Below are positions 6,020 through 9,177 of a DNA stretch of 9,177 nt, in pieces. The first letter of the stretch is position 1; every line of letters begins with the position of its first letter. Source of the DNA: Amoeboradix gromovi X-113 (Eukaryota; Fungi; Sanchytriomycota). The stretch lies in NCBI GenBank assembly GCA_018985225.1, contig JADGIF010000408.1:1-9177 (forward strand). Reading direction: 5' to 3'. The notes under the pieces were generated by a model. The model saw nothing but the letters and a program-made list of their open reading frames with translations, searched no databases and was not told the origin of the DNA. The translations under genes were made by a program, and so were the position numbers.

Positions 6020-7723
6020 TCATTTTGTTGGCCGTGGGAATGGTGGTACAAACCCAGGAGGCTGTACGTACTGGTTTATATATGGCGGTCTTGTATTGTA
6101 CTGCTGATTTGGTACTATGTTATGTTGTGTATTTGGCGATGCCGTGTTCGAGGATGTCGCCGTATAGTTGCCTTGACTATTTGCTATGCTATGTTGTGGT
6201 AGAAAAGGTTGTACTTGCGGCATTTGTTGTGGTTGTGTGCTAGGATACTGATGTTGCAAATGATTCACTTGAGCTGATGCTGTGGGCATTTGTGTTGCGG
6301 TATATTGCTGTGGATAGTGCTGCCCCGGAAACTGAGTAGGATATTGATTAGATGGAGAAGAGTTTGTAGAAGGTACAGTAGGATACTTATTGGTGGCAGG
6401 ACTTGCGGAAGGATATTGACTAGCACTGGGGCTTGTAGGTGGATATTGTGAGCTCTGATTAGGGACTGGAAACTGCTGAGTATTTTGATGACCAATTGTT
6501 GGATATTGCGAAGTGACAGGAGGATATCCGATTGATTGTGGCGGCGTAGAATGGCTTAGCGAGTGATATTGCGGTTGGTGGCTCATTGTTGAATAAGAAG
6601 GTTGTTGTTGCTGAAGCGGTTGAGTTTGGTTAATGTTTGAATACGCGGATTGGTTTGATGAGTCAACATAAGGAACATTTGGCTGATTGACACTAGAGTA
6701 ACTGCTAGAATTACTCATAATGTTAGACTGCGGTATGTTAGAGCCTAGAGAGACATTGGAGAACTTTTGGGTTAACGGTGACTGCTGCTGAGAATTTTCT
6801 AGGGACGTTTTAACTGAGTTTGAAATTACAGAAGACCTGCTAGGGCTAGGAACGTATAAATCTGGAGAATCTAGGGAATCCATAAGTTTTTCACCGTTAA
6901 TGATACCAGTCTCCGTATGGGTGCCTTTAATCATTTGCGCATACTCGGGAAGATCGGAGACAAAGATGAATCCTTCTATAGTACCAACCTGAGTCTTTGT
7001 GGATGGATTGGTTAAGACAGTTTTAAAGGCCGTTAGTTTATTCTGACACTTGTAGAAATCTATTAAAGGCACAACGCCAGAACAATGCTCTAAGTCTTTT
7101 CTTTGATCTTTAACTCTGAAAACTAGCGACTCCATGAGATAATCCTTTAACGGACAATTAAAAACTATTTGCTCAAATTCTGCCCAACTAGGTGACTTGG
7201 TATTCTCGCAGTGACTGGTTTTATATTCCACGCCTTTAGTGTTGAGTAAATGATATTTAAGATACGCGCTTTTAAGCTCCGTATCAAAATTAGCCTGAAC
7301 GTCTTTTATGGTCAGTTGAATGTCATTAACAATAACAAACTCAACATCTAAAATTACTTTTCCGGTGTGCTTGCGTATATCTCTAAGCTCTAACTCATGG
7401 TGCACTGGACCAGTGCATAATGTATGCAAGTCGATTTTACACGCGCCAATAAAATCGTCTCTCCCAATTATGTCTTTATCATAAACATCTAGACTCAATG
7501 TTTTCTCTCGAAGTCTTTGAATGTATCTAGTCTCGTAGTAAAATTCTTGCTTTAACTGGAAAGAGGGATTTAAATTCTTTTTTATCACCTCAGTCTCGAA
7601 GGATTTGAAGTTGTCAAAGTTGAATTTTATGTACGGATCGCTTGTACCACCTTTATCTTTTGCTGCTAGGTTCTGACACTTCACATTGGATATACAAACT
7701 TTAAACTTGTTCAAAGGAGCCAT
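6020..7723 (-). CDS. Tandem C2-domain protein with Pro/Gln/Ser/Tyr-rich disordered tail (567 aa)
   Basis: The first C2 has NLAAKDKGGTSDPYIKF, TEVIKKNLNP.F and VYDKDIIGRDDFIG, with the Ca-binding Asp set intact. A second divergent C2 (YKTS..ENTKSPSW, LVFRVKD) lacks most of those Asp. About 280 aa of low complexity follow. AATAAA overlaps the TGA. Confidence 0.92.
   Translation of the reverse strand: MAPLNKFKVCISNVKCQNLAAKDKGGTSDPYIKFNFDNFKSFETEVIKKNLNPSFQLKQEFYYETRYIQRLREKTLSLDVYDKDIIGRDDFIGACKIDLHTLCTGPVHHELELRDIRKHTGKVILDVEFVIVNDIQLTIKDVQANFDTELKSAYLKYHLLNTKGVEYKTSHCENTKSPSWAEFEQIVFNCPLKDYLMESLVFRVKDQRKDLEHCSGVVPLIDFYKCQNKLTAFKTVLTNPSTKTQVGTIEGFIFVSDLPEYAQMIKGTHTETGIINGEKLMDSLDSPDLYVPSPSRSSVISNSVKTSLENSQQQSPLTQKFSNVSLGSNIPQSNIMSNSSSYSSVNQPNVPYVDSSNQSAYSNINQTQPLQQQQPSYSTMSHQPQYHSLSHSTPPQSIGYPPVTSQYPTIGHQNTQQFPVPNQSSQYPPTSPSASQYPSASPATNKYPTVPSTNSSPSNQYPTQFPGQHYPQQYTATQMPTASAQVNHLQHQYPSTQPQQMPQVQPFLPQHSIANSQGNYTATSSNTASPNTQHNIVPNQQYNTRPPYINQYVQPPGFVPPFPRPTK
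6244..6530 (-). repeat. Degenerate coding repeat (Q/K/H)YP(T/S/P), partly with 30-bp period
   Basis: Plus-strand GGATAYT recurs at 6244, 6339, 6381, 6411, 6441 and 6501. Peptides are SQYPT, SQYPP, SQYPS, NKYPT, NQYPT, QHYPQ and HQYPS. Confidence 0.75.
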
Positions 7724-7823
7724 GAAGATGTTTTAGGTGGCTTTCTTTTGTAACAAATTCCTTTGATTGCGATACAATATTACCGGTACACTTAGGTGTT
7801 AAAATTCCATCTAGATTGGAATA

Positions 7824-8074
7824 AAAGTGGTACGAACTAATAAAATGGAAGAAATTCAACAGTATATTACTACTCTGATTGTAAAAATTGTAAGGTGAAT
7901 ATATTTGAAGTGTAGCGCCGCTTATTCTCGATATATTGTTGTAATATTATGTTTAGAGCAATACTGTGCTAGTCGCACATCGGCACTGCTGGAATCCTTG
8001 CTTATATTCAAGAGGAATTTGGTATTGGTGTTCAATAAAGTGCTTTACTTTACCATTTGGGACATCAAATATAA
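7824..8074 (+). pseudogene. Possible decayed Tc1/IS630-like transposase DNA-binding (HTH) fragment, interrupted by an 83-nt GT-AG segment
   Basis: MEEIQQYITTLIVKI (7845-7889) joins in frame to SHIGTAGILAYIQEEFGIGVQ*SALLYHLG (from 7973) if GTAAGG...TGCTAG (7890-7972) is removed. The pattern resembles the second HTH of Tc1/IS630 transposases. Similarity is judged by eye. Confidence 0.4.
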
Positions 8075-8089
8075 AAACTAGACTAAGTC
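8058..8089 (+). repeat. Copy of dispersed motif TGGGACATCAAATATAAAAACTAGACTAAGTC
   Basis: 27/28 identical to the reverse complement of 2851-2878, and shares the AAGTC tail with 2605-2634. Confidence 0.9.
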
Positions 8090-8133
8090 AAAAAATTTCA
8101 TTTTGAGATATTTCAATTTGAAAATATTGCAAT

Positions 8134-8155
8134 TCAAATATAAAAACTAGACCAA
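8134..8155 (+). repeat. Shorter direct copy of the dispersed motif (TCAAATATAAAAACTAGACCAA)
   Basis: 21-nt exact match of 8135-8155 to 2611-2631 (CAAATATAAAAACTAGACCAA), about 70 nt inside the 8058 copy. Confidence 0.9.
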
Positions 8156-8477
8156 CTATACCTAACCAATCAAATATCACAATTTTATGTAACTAATATA
8201 AAAATGAAGTGATATCTTATTAATTTACATCTTGTTGTGATTTATAGAGAACCAATAAACTCAAGACTAATTCTGATTAGGTCTCTCGGTAACCAATAAG
8301 ACTCGTTTCTTGAGTGTGAAACAAGTAACTTGAAATTTATTTATTTGTGTCGATATGCAGTAAAAGAAATCTGAGATAGTAGAGCCTCTGGAATTTTCAA
8401 TTATTTTAATAGACCCTTTGTATCGATATCAAGTGTTGTCTTCTTCTCCTCTGATTGCAATATTAAAATTCTTCCAT

Positions 8478-9077
8478 TTAATTCGACTTTTCCACATCAA
8501 TAAAAAGAAATGTTCCCATAAAATAAACTAGTAAATTTCTAGCAGACTTCGTAATTGCCTTCTCCAGACATTCCTTCTTTTTATAATCCACACGAATTTG
8601 TTCAACATAATTTGCCTCTAATTCTCCAACCAATTCTGATTGTGTTGAATCCATTCTCTTCAGTGTCTGTTCGCTGTATAAGGACTCATTTAATTGGGAT
8701 TTGGTTTCACAAATTTCAATTTTCAAAGTCTTTGCGTACGCATCATATCTAGCATAGCCACGATGGTCTATTTCATATTTAGCCTGGAATATAAATTCAT
8801 ATTCCTCAATGCAATTCTTCAAGCCATTATAACCCAATTCCGATACACAACTCGGGAAATTGGTTATATATTTCATTTCTTTAGTATCCTGTTTGTACAT
8901 AAACACTACTGCAATTAAAGACACTAAAAATGAGCTACAAGGGCGACCTCTAATCAACTTACATCTCCCAATAATCATTTGAGCAATCTTCTTGTCGTCC
9001 TTACCCTCTAAATCATATGTTATGAACTCAACAAGGTTGCTGAGTATCTGTCCAATGAGGGAACTGTTGAGACCCTG
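8478..9077 (-). CDS. Hypothetical protein, probably the 3' part of a longer spliced gene or a pseudogene
   Basis: The frame stays open 33 codons upstream of the ATG at 8978 (QGLNSSLIGQILSNLVEFITYDLEGKDDKKIAQ) up to a TGA at 9078-9080. It contains FIFQAK, reminiscent of a (Q/E)xK nuclease motif, and ATTAAA overlaps the stop. No recognised family. Confidence 0.5.
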   Translation of the reverse strand, partial: QGLNSSLIGQILSNLVEFITYDLEGKDDKKIAQMIIGRCKLIRGRPCSSFLVSLIAVVFMYKQDTKEMKYITNFPSCVSELGYNGLKNCIEEYEFIFQAKYEIDHRGYARYDAYAKTLKIEICETKSQLNESLYSEQTLKRMDSTQSELVGELEANYVEQIRVDYKKKECLEKAITKSARNLLVYFMGTFLFIDVEKSN

Positions 9078-9177
9078 TCAGGTCACAGGATTACACAGTC
9101 CCCTGCTAATATAGTTGTGGACCTGGAGTTCAATCAGATAAATACCTCATAGGTGACAGGAGACCTAGGAGACGAAT

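Noticed and set aside
3592-6495. Antisense or alternate-frame ORFs 3592-3783, 4098-4373, 5577-5825, 5632-5883, 6025-6243 and 6265-6495
   Set aside because: Shadows of the longer supported genes.
8555-8918. Plus-strand ORFs 8555-8752 and 8694-8918, and an 11-nt match (GGGAAATTGGT, 8854-8864) to the tRNA 5' end
   Set aside because: Antisense shadows of the minus ORF. The tRNA match does not extend or fold.
1-9177. Alternative genetic code (TAR=Gln) or CRISPR array
   Set aside because: Conserved genes end at TAA/TAG/TGA at the expected family C-termini and use CAA/CAG for Gln. The repeats are dispersed, not regularly spaced, and there are no cas genes.

Overview
Gene-dense, AT-rich (roughly one third GC by eye), intron-poor eukaryotic nuclear DNA read in the standard genetic code. 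It is most compatible with a compact-genome early-diverging fungal or opisthokont parasite, though that is inference. Well-supported content: a small secreted protein (884-1159 +), an SMYD5-like SET/MYND lysine methyltransferase (1205-2221 -), a eukaryote-type glutathione synthetase (3051-4385 +), tRNA-Pro(TGG) (4445-4515 -), a secreted orphan protein with a possible catalytically dead reprolysin-like fold and a C-terminal ubiquitin-binding-like helix (4748-5866 +), and a tandem-C2 protein with a QYP-repeat low-complexity tail (6020-7723 -). The intergenic DNA holds a dispersed ~27-32 bp motif (TGGGACATCAAATATAAAAACTAGACYAAGTC) in four copies. Two copies form an inverted pair flanked by ACTT (MITE-like), and two lie directly beside a decayed Tc1/IS630-like helix-turn-helix reading frame. 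Also present: a perfect 16-bp inverted repeat, AATAAA at or just after nearly every stop codon, and a right-end ORF that can be extended to the window edge by removing two 20-23 nt GT-AG segments.
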